Under the pieces are notes generated by a model. That model did no database searches, was not told the origin of the DNA, and was given only the letters and a program-made list of their open reading frames with translations. Shown here one piece after another: positions 44,302 through 54,762 of a DNA stretch of 64,000 nucleotides. The stretch is taken from positions 64,001 through 128,000 of IMG/VR virus record IMGVR_UViG_3300021091_000014; one strand, given 5' to 3'. The position numbers and the translations under genes are program-made. This DNA is from a virus. Positions within the stretch are counted from its first letter, which is position 1; each line of letters begins with the position of its first letter.

Positions 44302-45919
44302 TATCTATCTTGGTAATAAAAACCTAAAACGCAACGATGTACAAGTAGAATGGACTAAAGAGCTAGTTCAAGAGTTTTTAAAGTGCTCTAAAGACCCTGT
44401 TCATTTTATAGAGACATATGTTAAAATAGTTAACGTTGATTTAGGTTTTATACCGTTACAGCTGTACGACTATCAGGCCGATATCGTTCGCACAGCATCA
44501 CAAGAGCGATTTCTCATATGTAAAATGCCTAGACAGGTTGGTAAAACAACCACTATCGCAGCATTTATTCTTCATAGTGTTATCTTCAATGAAAACTATT
44601 CCGTAGCTATCTTAGCTCATAAGGCCGAACAAGCTAGAGAAATTCTGGGTAGAATTCAGATGGCCTACGAAGCTTTACCTAAATGGCTTCAGCAAGGAAT
44701 TATTAAATGGAATGAAGGTTCTGTTGAATTAGAAAACGGATCAAGGATTATAGCAAGCTCTACCGCTTCTAGTGCTATTCGAGGAACTTCTCAGAACTTA
44801 GTTTACTTAGATGAGTTTGCATTCGTACCAAATCACATACAAGAAGACTTCTTTGCTTCTGTCTATCCTACTATTTCTTCTGGTAAAACAACTAAAGTAT
44901 TAATTACCTCTACACCAAAAGGATTAAACTTATTTTATAAAATTTGGAAAGATAGTGAAGACGGAAGAAATGATTATAAAAGAATTGACGTACATTGGAG
45001 CCAAGTTCCAGGACGAAATGAGAAGTGGAAACAAGAAACTATTCGCAATACTTCTGAAGAACAGTTTAGAGAAGAATTTGAATGTGAGTTTTTAGGCTCT
45101 ACTTCAACTTTAATATCTGGTACCAAGCTAAGAATGCTCTCTTATTCTAACCCAATAAAGTCTGATAAGCATTTAAAGGTATATTTTGAACCGGAAGAAG
45201 GACATGTATATTTTATAGTGGTCGATACGGCGAGAGGAAAAGAGGGGGACTATTCTGCGTTTAAGGTATTTGATGCAACCGAGCTCCCATATAAAGATGT
45301 AGCATCATATAGAGATAATTTAATAGATCCAGTTTTATACCCTAATATTATTATTCAAGTAGCAAAGCACTATAATAATGCTTTTGTATTAGTAGAAACT
45401 AATGATGTAGGACAGCAGGTAGCCGACATATTATATCAGGATTTAGAATACGATAACATGCTTTTTACAGCTGGCACTAACATCACCGGTATTAAAATAT
45501 CTGCAGGATTTGGAACATCGTCACATGCAGGAGTTAGAACCACAACATCAGTTAAAAAACTAGGATGTAGTAATTTTAAATCTTTAATTGAAAATGACAA
45601 ATTAATTATTCACGATTATGATACCATTCAGGAAATGTTCAGATTCATACATAAAGGTACATCCTTCGAAGCCGAAGAAGGTAACGATGATTTGGTAATG
45701 TGCTGTGTGCTTTTTAGCTGGATGTCTGATCATAATTATTTCAAGGAATTAACCAGCCTTGATTTCCGCAAACGTCTTTCTATGGAGAATGAGAAGAGAC
45801 TAGAAGATAATTTACTTCCTTTTGGTATTAAAGAAGACGGTCGAGACGAATATGTCGTCCAAGAAGAAAAAATAGTAGATTTAGAAAACATGTCATTCGA
45901 ACAGTGGATGAGAAATTAA
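44285..45919 (+). CDS. gp17: Terminase large subunit
   Basis: PRQVGKTT Walker A, YLDEFAF Walker B, STPKG, DDLVM. Confidence 0.97.
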   Translation: MVQKSDIYLGNKNLKRNDVQVEWTKELVQEFLKCSKDPVHFIETYVKIVNVDLGFIPLQLYDYQADIVRTASQERFLICKMPRQVGKTTTIAAFILHSVIFNENYSVAILAHKAEQAREILGRIQMAYEALPKWLQQGIIKWNEGSVELENGSRIIASSTASSAIRGTSQNLVYLDEFAFVPNHIQEDFFASVYPTISSGKTTKVLITSTPKGLNLFYKIWKDSEDGRNDYKRIDVHWSQVPGRNEKWKQETIRNTSEEQFREEFECEFLGSTSTLISGTKLRMLSYSNPIKSDKHLKVYFEPEEGHVYFIVVDTARGKEGDYSAFKVFDATELPYKDVASYRDNLIDPVLYPNIIIQVAKHYNNAFVLVETNDVGQQVADILYQDLEYDNMLFTAGTNITGIKISAGFGTSSHAGVRTTTSVKKLGCSNFKSLIENDKLIIHDYDTIQEMFRFIHKGTSFEAEEGNDDLVMCCVLFSWMSDHNYFKELTSLDFRKRLSMENEKRLEDNLLPFGIKEDGRDEYVVQEEKIVDLENMSFEQWMRN

Positions 45920-45931
45920 GTGTTTTAGATT

Positions 45932-45939
45932 TATAAATA
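45932..45939 (+). promoter_or_regulatory. T4 late promoter TATAAATA
   Basis: Exact consensus before gp18. Confidence 0.85.
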
Positions 45940-45983
45940 ACAATAAGCTTTGTGCTAAATAAAACCTTTTGAGGGAGATCAAA

Positions 45984-48101
45984 ATGCCATTTCAAGTAAG
46001 TCCAGGAGTAAATGTTTCTGAGATCGACTTGACCACGGTAGTCCCTGCAGTCTCAACTACCGAGGGCGCTATTGCTGGCGTCTTTCGCTGGGGACCAGTG
46101 GACAAACGTGTTCTGGTTGATTCTGAAGCTAACCTAGCTGCACGCTTTGGTAAGCCAACAAATCACAATGCAGAAACATTCTTTACTGCCGCCAATTTTC
46201 TTTCTTACGGTAACAAACTTTATGTCGTAAGAACAGCCAATACTACTGATTCATCTGGTACAAACGGCGTATTAACCGCCTATGGTGCAGTAGGTGCAGT
46301 TAGTAACGTAGCCAATCTTATTGTAAAAAACGATGATGCAATCGATGAGACAGCCGTTATTTCTGCTCTAGTAGGAGAGTCAGCTGCAAAATACGTTGCA
46401 CGCTATCCAGGCTTAATTGGTAACTCTTTAAAAGTTTCAGTTTGCGATACCGCAACCGCATATTTTTCTAACACATTAATTACCGGTGGTAATGCAAATC
46501 TATCAGCAAATGGTGAACTTACTTGCATCGTTGCTACAACAGGCTCAAACAGCCACATCTTAAAGATAGCTAATTCTTCTTCTGGAACAGTAACAGAAGC
46601 CAACACAAGAGCTACAACTCTTAACGGATTTCTTACCGTTGGAGATTTAATTGAGCTTGGTAACTCAACAATTGGTACTCAGTACTTAAGAATTACATCT
46701 ATAGGTTCTGTATCGACAAACTCTACCCACGCTTACTTTAATATTAATACTGAATCTAACTATACATTAACATCGTTTGGAGATGTTGTAACTTCAAACA
46801 ATGCTACCGTAGCTAGCGGTTATTTAAAGCGTCATTGGGAGTATGCATTTAGTGTTGATTCAACACCTGGTACTTCTAACTACACAAAGAATTTTGGTAA
46901 CTCTAGTGCAGTGGATGAAGTTCACGTTGTCGTAGCAGATCAAGACGGTCTTATCTCTGGTGTGCCTGGAACTGTTTTAGAAGTATATCAAGGACTTTCT
47001 AGAGCAACAGACGCAAAATTAGAAGACGGTGCTACTAATTATGTTAAAAATGTAATTAATCAAAGCTCACAATTTGTATACTTTGCTAACGATAGGGCAA
47101 CTGGTGGATCCAATACAGCTGTTAATATGGCCTCTTTAGCAAATACAGTTCCATTAACCCTCTCCTTAACCGGAGGTTCCGATGGACTCAACGAAGAGAA
47201 TGTTCCAATGAATATTCTTCAGGCTGGCTACGATATGTTTGAGTCAGCAGAAGATGTAGATATCTCTTTAGTTCTTCAAGGTAAAGCAAGAGGCGGTACA
47301 AATAGTGCCCAGCTCGCACAATACATTATTGACAACGTTGCTGAAAAGAGAAAAGATTGCGTGGCTTTCATTTCTCCAGATAGAGCAGACTCTGTTCTTA
47401 ATTCTTCTAAGCAGGAATCTCAAGATACCGTCTCGTATCGTAACAGTCTTTCTTCAACATCGTATGCCGTGCTTGATTCCGGATACAAGTATCAATATGA
47501 CAAATACAATGATGTCTACAGGTACATTCCATTAAACGGTGATGTAGCTGGCTTATGCGTGAGAACAGATGATACAAGAGATCCTTGGTTCTCTCCAGCA
47601 GGATTCAATAGAGGTGTAATTAAAAATTCTGTAAAGCTTGCTTTTAATCCAAGCAAGGCAGACAGAGACCTTCTCTATAAGAATGGCGTTAACCCTGTAG
47701 TAACATTCCCAGGTCAAGGCACATTGCTGTTTGGTGACAAGACTCTGCTTACCAAGCCTTCTGCATTCGATAGAATTAACGTTCGCAGATTGTTTATTGT
47801 GCTTGAGAAAGCAATTGCTACAGCAGCTAAATTTACACTGTTTGAATTTAACGACGAGTTTACTCGTGCACAGTTTAAAAACTTAGTAGAGCCTTTCCTA
47901 AGGGATGTGCAAGGTCGAAGAGGTATTTACGACTTTAGAGTAGTTTGCGATGAAACAAATAACACCCCAGAAGTTATTGATCGTAACGAGTTTGTTGGAG
48001 ACATTTACATTAAGCCAGCTCGCTCAATCAACTATATTCAATTGAACTTCGTGGCAGTTAGAACTGGTGTTGAGTTCTCCGAGATTGTTGGACAGTTTTA
48101 A
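45984..48101 (+). CDS. gp18: Tail sheath protein
   Basis: SPGV...EIDLT, PWFSPAG..RG, FDRINVRRLF; start placed at ATG 45984 after GGGAG. Confidence 0.97.
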   Translation: MPFQVSPGVNVSEIDLTTVVPAVSTTEGAIAGVFRWGPVDKRVLVDSEANLAARFGKPTNHNAETFFTAANFLSYGNKLYVVRTANTTDSSGTNGVLTAYGAVGAVSNVANLIVKNDDAIDETAVISALVGESAAKYVARYPGLIGNSLKVSVCDTATAYFSNTLITGGNANLSANGELTCIVATTGSNSHILKIANSSSGTVTEANTRATTLNGFLTVGDLIELGNSTIGTQYLRITSIGSVSTNSTHAYFNINTESNYTLTSFGDVVTSNNATVASGYLKRHWEYAFSVDSTPGTSNYTKNFGNSSAVDEVHVVVADQDGLISGVPGTVLEVYQGLSRATDAKLEDGATNYVKNVINQSSQFVYFANDRATGGSNTAVNMASLANTVPLTLSLTGGSDGLNEENVPMNILQAGYDMFESAEDVDISLVLQGKARGGTNSAQLAQYIIDNVAEKRKDCVAFISPDRADSVLNSSKQESQDTVSYRNSLSSTSYAVLDSGYKYQYDKYNDVYRYIPLNGDVAGLCVRTDDTRDPWFSPAGFNRGVIKNSVKLAFNPSKADRDLLYKNGVNPVVTFPGQGTLLFGDKTLLTKPSAFDRINVRRLFIVLEKAIATAAKFTLFEFNDEFTRAQFKNLVEPFLRDVQGRRGIYDFRVVCDETNNTPEVIDRNEFVGDIYIKPARSINYIQLNFVAVRTGVEFSEIVGQF

Positions 48102-48107
48102 TAAATA
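48100..48107 (+). promoter_or_regulatory. Late promoter variant AATAAATA
   Basis: Before gp19, which has an AGGAG Shine-Dalgarno. Confidence 0.6.
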
Positions 48108-48129
48108 ACAACAGACAAGGAGACACTAA

Positions 48130-48681
48130 ATGGCTTTCAATGTAAACGAAATTAGAAGTCAATTAACACTTGGAGGAGCTCGTAACACGCTCTTCCAAGT
48201 TACGATTCAAAACCCCGCTAACAGTGTTGCAGATATTAAGGTTCCTTTTCTAGTTAGAACAGCTCAGATTCCTTCTTCCGATCTGGGCGTTATAGAAGTG
48301 CCTTACTTCGGACGCAAAATTAAATTAGCTGGAGACAGAACGTTTGCCGATTGGACAGTCACCGTTATTAACGACGAGGACTTTTTAATTCGTAACGCTA
48401 TGGAGCAGTGGTCAAATCAGATTAACTCCCTTAGAGGTAATCTGCGCACATTTGGTGCTGCATCCCCATCGCTTTATAAAGCAAACGCTCAAGTTGTTCA
48501 GTATTCAAAAACAGGTGTGCCTATTAGAACTTACACCTTCAACGGTATCTTCCCACAAGTGGTGTCAACCATTGATTTAGATTGGAATGCAACAGATACT
48601 ATTGAAGAGTTTACAGTTACCTTCCAGTACGACTGGTGGGAGGTTACTGGTGGAGTAACTGGCAACGCCGGTGGCGCTTAA
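48130..48681 (+). CDS. gp19: Tail tube protein
   Basis: GGAR..LF.V, GR..K.AGDRTF..W..TV.NDEDF, IEEF.VTF.Y. Confidence 0.96.
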   Translation: MAFNVNEIRSQLTLGGARNTLFQVTIQNPANSVADIKVPFLVRTAQIPSSDLGVIEVPYFGRKIKLAGDRTFADWTVTVINDEDFLIRNAMEQWSNQINSLRGNLRTFGAASPSLYKANAQVVQYSKTGVPIRTYTFNGIFPQVVSTIDLDWNATDTIEEFTVTFQYDWWEVTGGVTGNAGGA

Positions 48682-48691
48682 TATTAATGAT

Positions 48692-48715
48692 AGCGGGCCC
48701 TCGAGGCCCGCTTTT
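48692..48715 (+). terminator. Rho-independent terminator after gp19
   Basis: GCGGGCC-CTCGA-GGCCCGC followed by TTTT. Confidence 0.8.
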
Positions 48716-48730
48716 CCTATTGAGGTTTAA

Positions 48731-50296
48731 ATGAGATTATTCGGATTTGAAATAAAACGCCAAGATAAAGAACCTGAACCACAATCGTTCGCACCGCCAC
48801 AGGAAGATGACGGTGCTGTAATTGTTGCTGCTGGTGGTGTATATGGCACCTATGTTGATCTAGAAGGATCAGCTAAGACAGAAGCAGAACTAGTAACAAA
48901 GTATAGAGATATGACTAACCAGCCTGAAGTTGATCAGGCTGTAGATGACATAGTTAATGAAGCAATTGTAAGTGAACCAGAAGTAGAAACTGTTTCACTT
49001 AATCTAGACAAGACAAATACTTCACCTAACATAAAAAAACTTATTATTGAAGAATTTGAAAATATTAAAAAGCTTTTAAATTTTGATAATCAAGCCTTTG
49101 ATATTTTTAGAAGATATTATGTTGATGGACGCCTTTACTATCATGCTATCATAGATGATAAAAAGCCTGAACTTGGACTTAAAGAATTAAGATATATTGA
49201 TCCTAGAAAAATTAGAAAAATAAAAGAGATTAAAAAGAAAAAAGATCAAGTTACTGGAGCAACACTTACAGAAAAGGCTGCAGAGTATTTTCTTTATAGT
49301 GAAAAAGGATATTACAATGCCGGTAATAGTAACCTTGGCAATCAAGGAATGACTGGTGGTATAAGAATTGCTAAAGATAGTATTATTCATATTACATCCG
49401 GCCTAATGGATACAAATAATACTATAGTTTTATCGCATCTGCATAAAGCAATAAAAGTTCTTAACCAGCTTAGAACTTTAGAAGACGCTACAGTAATTTA
49501 TAGAATATCTAGAGCGCCTGAGCGTAGAATATTTTATATCGACGTCGGTAACTTGCCAAAGATGAAGGCCGAGCAGTACCTACGTGACATGATGATACGT
49601 CATAAGAATAGAGTCGTTTACGATTCACAGACAGGTGAAATAAGAGACGACCGTAAGTTTATGACAATGCTTGAAGATTACTGGCTGCCAAGACGCGAAG
49701 GTAATAAAGGTACAGAAATTACTACTCTTCCCGGGGGTCAGAACCTAGGTGAGATGACCGATGTAAATTATTTTCAAAAGAAATTATATCGCGCATTAAA
49801 TGTGCCTGGATCAAGATTAGAAGCTGAGCAGACATTTAATGTAGGAAGATCAACAGAAATTACTCGCGATGAAGTAAAGTTTTCTAAGTTTGTAAATCGT
49901 TTAAGAAGCAAATTCTCTTCTTTGTTTTTAAAGAGTCTAGAAAAGCAACTAGTGCTAAAAAAGATTATGACTCTTGAAGAATGGCAAGACATTTTACAAA
50001 GCATTAAGTTTGATTATGCTAAAGACAATTACTTTGCCGAGCTTAAAGAGATAGAAGCAATAAGAGAGCGTGTTTCAATACTTAGAGACATTGATGACTT
50101 TGCTGGTAAGTACGTATCTCATGCATGGGTTAGAAAGAATGTTCTTCGTCAAACGGAAGAAGAAATAGAACAAAATGATGAGGAAATGCAAGCAGAACTT
50201 GATGATCCTAGATACGCAGCACCTGATCCTCCTCCTAGTGAAACTGATGGAAGTCAAGGTGATAGTACGCAATTAGACAATGAAAGACCACAATAA
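48731..50296 (+). CDS. gp20: Portal protein
   Basis: IYRISRAPERRIFYIDVGNLPK.KAEQY, EDYWLPRREG..GTEI.TLPGG. Confidence 0.98.
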   Translation: MRLFGFEIKRQDKEPEPQSFAPPQEDDGAVIVAAGGVYGTYVDLEGSAKTEAELVTKYRDMTNQPEVDQAVDDIVNEAIVSEPEVETVSLNLDKTNTSPNIKKLIIEEFENIKKLLNFDNQAFDIFRRYYVDGRLYYHAIIDDKKPELGLKELRYIDPRKIRKIKEIKKKKDQVTGATLTEKAAEYFLYSEKGYYNAGNSNLGNQGMTGGIRIAKDSIIHITSGLMDTNNTIVLSHLHKAIKVLNQLRTLEDATVIYRISRAPERRIFYIDVGNLPKMKAEQYLRDMMIRHKNRVVYDSQTGEIRDDRKFMTMLEDYWLPRREGNKGTEITTLPGGQNLGEMTDVNYFQKKLYRALNVPGSRLEAEQTFNVGRSTEITRDEVKFSKFVNRLRSKFSSLFLKSLEKQLVLKKIMTLEEWQDILQSIKFDYAKDNYFAELKEIEAIRERVSILRDIDDFAGKYVSHAWVRKNVLRQTEEEIEQNDEEMQAELDDPRYAAPDPPPSETDGSQGDSTQLDNERPQ

Positions 50297-50316
50297 ATAA
50301 ATATTTGGAGACAATA

Positions 50317-50547
50317 ATGGAATACTCAATACAAGATATTATTGACGGAGCTGTAGAAAACGAACCTACTAAAGTGCAAGCAGCTTTTGACGGTATTATT
50401 GGCCCAAGAGTACTTGCTGCTTTAGAAGCTAGGAAGAGAGAGATTGCTACAGCAATGTTCTCTCAACAAGAAGCAGAAGTAGAACAAGAAAACAACACAG
50501 AGGTTTCTAACGATGAAAACACTGAGCCAGCTACAGAAAATAATTAA
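50317..50547 (+). CDS. Prohead core protein (gp67-like position)
   Basis: Small acidic ORF after portal; GGAG Shine-Dalgarno before ATG 50317; AATAAATA at 50292. Confidence 0.6.
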   Translation: MEYSIQDIIDGAVENEPTKVQAAFDGIIGPRVLAALEARKREIATAMFSQQEAEVEQENNTEVSNDENTEPATENN

Positions 50548-51331
50548 GCAAGCTCAAGGTACAACTGGTACCACAGCTTATCGTCCCAAAGGTGGAGACG
50601 AACAACAGTTTATGGATAAACATGTTATTCAAAAAACTGATGATGCTAATGGAAATGGAGACGAAGTCTTCAATGGTACAGGTGTAAAAAAAATTGATCG
50701 TAAAAAAGAGCTCCATGGATACGAGCCAGGTGAAGACGCCGCTGTGCATGAAGAGATTAATGAGATTAGCAAATCAACACTTGGATCGTATGTTAAAAAA
50801 GCATCTGTTGACATGTCTAATAGAAGTGCAGAGGTAGAAAAAGATTTAGCTACTGCAAAATCTGATTATAGCATGATGAGAAGACATGGATTTAAAAAGA
50901 AAATAGCACAAAATATGATGAAAAAAGATGTTGACACCGCACTTTCAAAAGTTGGTAAAGTATCAAAACGTATGAGAGGAATTGATAAAGCTACAGATCG
51001 TTTAACAAAAGAAGAAGTCAATGAATTAGAAATTGATGAGCGCACTTTATCAACAGGCGAAATGAAAAAGCGTGAAGATATTGTTAAGGGCATGAAAAAA
51101 GGTTTAAAGGATTTTAAATCACGTTACGGTAAAGATGCTAAGTCGGTAATGTATGCTACTGCTACCAAGCTTGCAAAAGAAGAAACCGAAGAAGAGTATG
51201 ATGTTCAAATTTTAGAATTATTTGCTGGTCTGGATGATGAGAACAGACAGTTTATGTTAGAGATGCTTGACAAAGGTCTTGAGAAAGAAATTTTAGAATA
51301 CATTAAAGAAAGCGAGTCTGATAATGGCTGA
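50513..51331 (+). CDS. Prohead core/internal protein, highly charged
   Basis: Between portal and protease; Lys/Glu-rich; RYG....VMYATATK motif. Confidence 0.55.
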   Translation: MKTLSQLQKIIKQAQGTTGTTAYRPKGGDEQQFMDKHVIQKTDDANGNGDEVFNGTGVKKIDRKKELHGYEPGEDAAVHEEINEISKSTLGSYVKKASVDMSNRSAEVEKDLATAKSDYSMMRRHGFKKKIAQNMMKKDVDTALSKVGKVSKRMRGIDKATDRLTKEEVNELEIDERTLSTGEMKKREDIVKGMKKGLKDFKSRYGKDAKSVMYATATKLAKEETEEEYDVQILELFAGLDDENRQFMLEMLDKGLEKEILEYIKESESDNG

Positions 51332-51596
51332 TTTAGTAAAGTTTTTAGCTCAAGAAATTACTCTTGGTACTGTTGCTAATAACGTTAGTACAGGCTCACT
51401 TGTTAGAGTTGTGAACACCACAGCCGGATTAGTTTTAATTACTCAAAAATTTGCTAACGGAACCACGATATCTACATTTACCCTTAGCGCAGCAACTGCG
51501 GATTTTGCTGGAACGTTTGTAATTAAACAACCAACGGACACGCTTCAATCAAATGCTGCATCTGGTGTACTAGCCGTATCAGTAGGATACTATTAA
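51324..51596 (+). CDS. Small hypothetical head-associated protein
   Basis: 90 aa, beta-rich, immediately before gp21. Confidence 0.6.
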   Translation: MADLVKFLAQEITLGTVANNVSTGSLVRVVNTTAGLVLITQKFANGTTISTFTLSAATADFAGTFVIKQPTDTLQSNAASGVLAVSVGYY

Positions 51597-51604
51597 GGAC
51601 TAAC

Positions 51605-52264
51605 ATGAAACTTATTTCCGAATTAGTCGAACAAGTTAATGTGCTAGTTGAAGAAAAAGAATCTGGCAAAAAAGACTTTTTTATTGAGGGTGTATTTCTT
51701 CAAGGCAATTTAAAAAATAGAAACAATCGAGTATACCCAATGGAGATTCTCGATAAAGAAGTTAAAAGATATAATGAAGAGTATATTGATAAGAATAGGG
51801 CCTATGGTGAATTAGGTCACCCTCAGGGACCAACGATTAATTTAGAGCGCGTCTCTCATATGATTAAAGATCTTAGACGCGAAGGTACTAATTATGTTGG
51901 CCGAGCTAAGATTATGGACACTCCTTATGGAAACATTGTAAAAAATTTGATGCAAGAAGGCGCACAACTTGGTGTTTCTTCTAGAGGTATGGGAAGCTTA
52001 AAAGAAACAACTAAAGGCGTTAGTGAAGTTCAGGATGATTTTTATCTTGCTACAGCTGCAGACATCGTAGCTGATCCTTCCGCACCTGATGCTTTTGTTA
52101 GAGGTATTATGGAAGGTGTTGAGTGGGTTTGGGATAATGGCGTTTTAAAGGCTCAAAAAATAGAAGAAATGAAAAAAGAGATTATTAAAGCCTCCTCTAA
52201 ATCTATAGAAGCTACTAAAGTTAAAGTATTTGAAAATTTCTTCAAAGAATTGTCCAAGAAATAG
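51605..52264 (+). CDS. gp21: Prohead protease
   Basis: NRN.RVYP, GELGHP, GVSSRGMGS, DIVADPSAPDA. Confidence 0.97.
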   Translation: MKLISELVEQVNVLVEEKESGKKDFFIEGVFLQGNLKNRNNRVYPMEILDKEVKRYNEEYIDKNRAYGELGHPQGPTINLERVSHMIKDLRREGTNYVGRAKIMDTPYGNIVKNLMQEGAQLGVSSRGMGSLKETTKGVSEVQDDFYLATAADIVADPSAPDAFVRGIMEGVEWVWDNGVLKAQKIEEMKKEIIKASSKSIEATKVKVFENFFKELSKK

Positions 52265-52267
52265 ATT

Positions 52268-52275
52268 TATAAATA
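52268..52275 (+). promoter_or_regulatory. T4 late promoter TATAAATA
   Basis: Exact consensus before gp22. Confidence 0.85.
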
Positions 52276-52305
52276 ACTATAATAAATTCCATTAAGGAGC
52301 TTAAA

Positions 52306-53277
52306 ATGAAAGAAAAAGAATTATATGAGAAGGTGATCAACAAAGGTGGCGAGAACGGCGACACCGAAGTTGCAGATCCTGTTGCAAAAAACACAACACT
52401 TCCAGGTAATAAAGAAGGCGGAGAAAAAACACCTCCCCTCAGATCAGCTAGCGATCTCGATTCTGCTACTCCTACAATGGGTGGGAATGATTCTGCTGAC
52501 ACCAACAAAGCAACATTAAACATGAAGCCATCAGCTGCATCCGCCAAGATGGAAGATTTTACTATTGAAGTTGCATTTGAAGGTGAAGAGCTTTCAGAAG
52601 AGTTTAAAGAGAAAGCTGTTACAATATTTGAAGCTGCAGTTAATGCTAAGGTAGAGATGTTGAGAGCAGAAATTGAAGCTGAGTCGGTTAAGAAATTAGA
52701 AGAGCAAGTAGCTGAAATTACTACTAAACTTTCCGATCAAATCGACAACTATCTTAATTACATTGTCGAGCAGTGGATGCAAGAGAACGAAATTGCTATT
52801 GAATCCTCGCTCCGTACAGAAATTACAGAAGAGTTTATTGGTGGATTAAGAGATTTGTTCGCCGAGAATTACATCGAAATTCCTGAAGAAAAGTTAGATG
52901 TTTTAGAAGAGCTTGCTTCCATAGTTGAAGAGTTAGAAGCTAAGTTAAATGAGACTATCAACACAAATATTGATCTGAATAATTCCGTTAAAGATTATGC
53001 CAGACAGTCGATTTTTAGTAAGGTGGCAGAGGGATTAACAGTATCGCAAAAAGAGAGACTTTCTTCGTTAGCAGAAGGTGTTGATTTTATTGATGAAGAC
53101 TCGTATGCTAAAAAACTTCAGATTGTTAAAGAGAACTATTTTAAAGAGAAATCAGTTACTCAGACAATCAGCGAGACAGAAGTAGAGTCAGCAGAAGAGC
53201 CTCAAGCAGAAAAGCAAAAGCTTTCTGGACCTGTTGCTAACTACGTTCAGGCTATTTCACGTACCATTAAGAAATAA
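52306..53277 (+). CDS. gp22: Prohead scaffold protein
   Basis: LSEEFK.KA.TIFEAAV, YL.Y.VE.W..EN. Confidence 0.93.
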   Translation: MKEKELYEKVINKGGENGDTEVADPVAKNTTLPGNKEGGEKTPPLRSASDLDSATPTMGGNDSADTNKATLNMKPSAASAKMEDFTIEVAFEGEELSEEFKEKAVTIFEAAVNAKVEMLRAEIEAESVKKLEEQVAEITTKLSDQIDNYLNYIVEQWMQENEIAIESSLRTEITEEFIGGLRDLFAENYIEIPEEKLDVLEELASIVEELEAKLNETINTNIDLNNSVKDYARQSIFSKVAEGLTVSQKERLSSLAEGVDFIDEDSYAKKLQIVKENYFKEKSVTQTISETEVESAEEPQAEKQKLSGPVANYVQAISRTIKK

Positions 53278-53281
53278 TTTT

Positions 53282-53289
53282 TATAAATA
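53282..53289 (+). promoter_or_regulatory. T4 late promoter TATAAATA
   Basis: Exact consensus before gp23. Confidence 0.88.
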
Positions 53290-53326
53290 AAAATAACCCA
53301 ATTTTTAATAGGAAGGGGAAACTCAA

Positions 53327-54679
53327 ATGTATTTAAATGAAGAAATTCAAAACAAGTGGAAACCAGTACTTGAGCATCCTGATCTTGACCCGATCAAGGA
53401 TACGCACAAGCGTGCTGTAACCGCTCAAATTCTCGAGAATACAGAGAAAGCTCTCCGCGAAGCATCGTATCAAGTTCGTGGAAGCCAGAGTCTGTTTGAA
53501 GCCAACAACCCAACAAACGCTATGGGAGCTTCTTCTTCCACAGCTGGTGATGGCGCAGTTGACATTTTCGATCCAGTTTTAATCTCGTTAGTTCGCCGTG
53601 CAATGCCTAATCTTATTGCTTATGACATCTGCGGTGTTCAGCCAATGACTGGTCCTACAGGTCTTATCTTCGCAATGCGTTCGCGCTTCACTTCACAGTC
53701 TGGCGATGAGGCATTCTACAACGAAGCAAATACAGAGTTTTCTTCGCACAATAAGAATTCTGCTGCTCTCGGCAATAACCACGTTGGTACAACAGGTGCA
53801 GGTGCAAATCTGACCCAACTAGCCACCAACACAGAAGTTAACTTTGCTGGTGGCGTTCCAACCTCCGAGTTAGAGCGTTTCGGTAACGGTACAATTACAT
53901 TCCCTCAGATGGCTTTCTCTATCGAGAAAGTAACAGTAACAGCTAAAGGTCGTGCACTAAAGGCTGAGTACTCTATGGAACTTGCCCAGGACCTGCGCGC
54001 CGTTCACGGTTTAGATGCAGAGACTGAGCTCTCCAACATCCTGTCGGCAGAGATTCTCGCCGAAATCAATCGCGAAGTTATTCGCTCAATCTATGTAACA
54101 GCTAAAGTTGGTGCTACAGAGAACACAACAACATCTGGTGTGTTTGACCTGGATACCGATTCTAATGGTCGTTGGTCCGTTGAGAAGTTCAAGGGTCTGA
54201 TGTTCCAACTCGAAAGAGAAGCTAATAAGATTGCAAAAGACACCCGTAGAGGTAAAGGTAACATCGTTATCTGCTCATCGGACGTTGCTTCCGCACTGCA
54301 GATGGCCGGTGTTCTGGACTATGCTCCAGCTCTGAACTCCAACAACCTTCAAATCGATGACACAGGCAATACATTCGCCGGTGTTCTGAACGGCCGTATC
54401 CGCGTTTACATCGATCCATATGCTGGTGGTAACTACTTCGTTATGGGCTACAAGGGCTCGTCAGCATTTGACGCAGGTCTGTTCTATTGCCCATATGTTC
54501 CTCTCCAAATGGTTCGTGCAGTTGACCCTGACACATTCCAGCCAAAGATTGGCTTTAAGACTCGTTATGGAATGGTTGCAAACCCATTCAACGACGGTTC
54601 GTCAGCCGCTGGTACAGGCGCACTTGCCGAGGACACAAACGTGTACTATCGCCGCGTCCGCGTTAACAACATTATGTAA
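53327..54679 (+). CDS. gp23: Major capsid protein
   Basis: LVRR.MP.LIAYDICGVQPM.GPTGLIFAMR, ELAQDL.A.HG.DA, FQPKIGFKTRYG. Confidence 0.99.
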   Translation: MYLNEEIQNKWKPVLEHPDLDPIKDTHKRAVTAQILENTEKALREASYQVRGSQSLFEANNPTNAMGASSSTAGDGAVDIFDPVLISLVRRAMPNLIAYDICGVQPMTGPTGLIFAMRSRFTSQSGDEAFYNEANTEFSSHNKNSAALGNNHVGTTGAGANLTQLATNTEVNFAGGVPTSELERFGNGTITFPQMAFSIEKVTVTAKGRALKAEYSMELAQDLRAVHGLDAETELSNILSAEILAEINREVIRSIYVTAKVGATENTTTSGVFDLDTDSNGRWSVEKFKGLMFQLEREANKIAKDTRRGKGNIVICSSDVASALQMAGVLDYAPALNSNNLQIDDTGNTFAGVLNGRIRVYIDPYAGGNYFVMGYKGSSAFDAGLFYCPYVPLQMVRAVDPDTFQPKIGFKTRYGMVANPFNDGSSAAGTGALAEDTNVYYRRVRVNNIM

Positions 54680-54715
54680 TTCAAATAATAAGAATAATAA
54701 CATAATGATGTACTT

Positions 54716-54742
54716 AAAGGGGATCTTCGGATCCCCTTTTTT
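54716..54742 (+). terminator. Rho-independent terminator with C(UUCG)G tetraloop after gp23
   Basis: AAAGGGGATC-TTCG-GATCCCCTTT followed by further T residues. Confidence 0.93.
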
Positions 54743-54749
54743 ATTATAG

Positions 54750-54757
54750 GATAAATA
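54750..54757 (+). promoter_or_regulatory. Late promoter variant GATAAATA
   Basis: Just after the terminator, 5 nt before the gp3 ATG. Confidence 0.6.
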
Positions 54758-54762
54758 TCAGT

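Noticed and set aside
53327-54679. Higher GC and C-ending codons in gp23 suggesting horizontal transfer
   Set aside because: More simply explained by codon optimisation of a very highly expressed gene.
54680-54762. No gp24 vertex gene after gp23
   Set aside because: Common in non-coliphage T4-like viruses, and the gene could lie outside the window.
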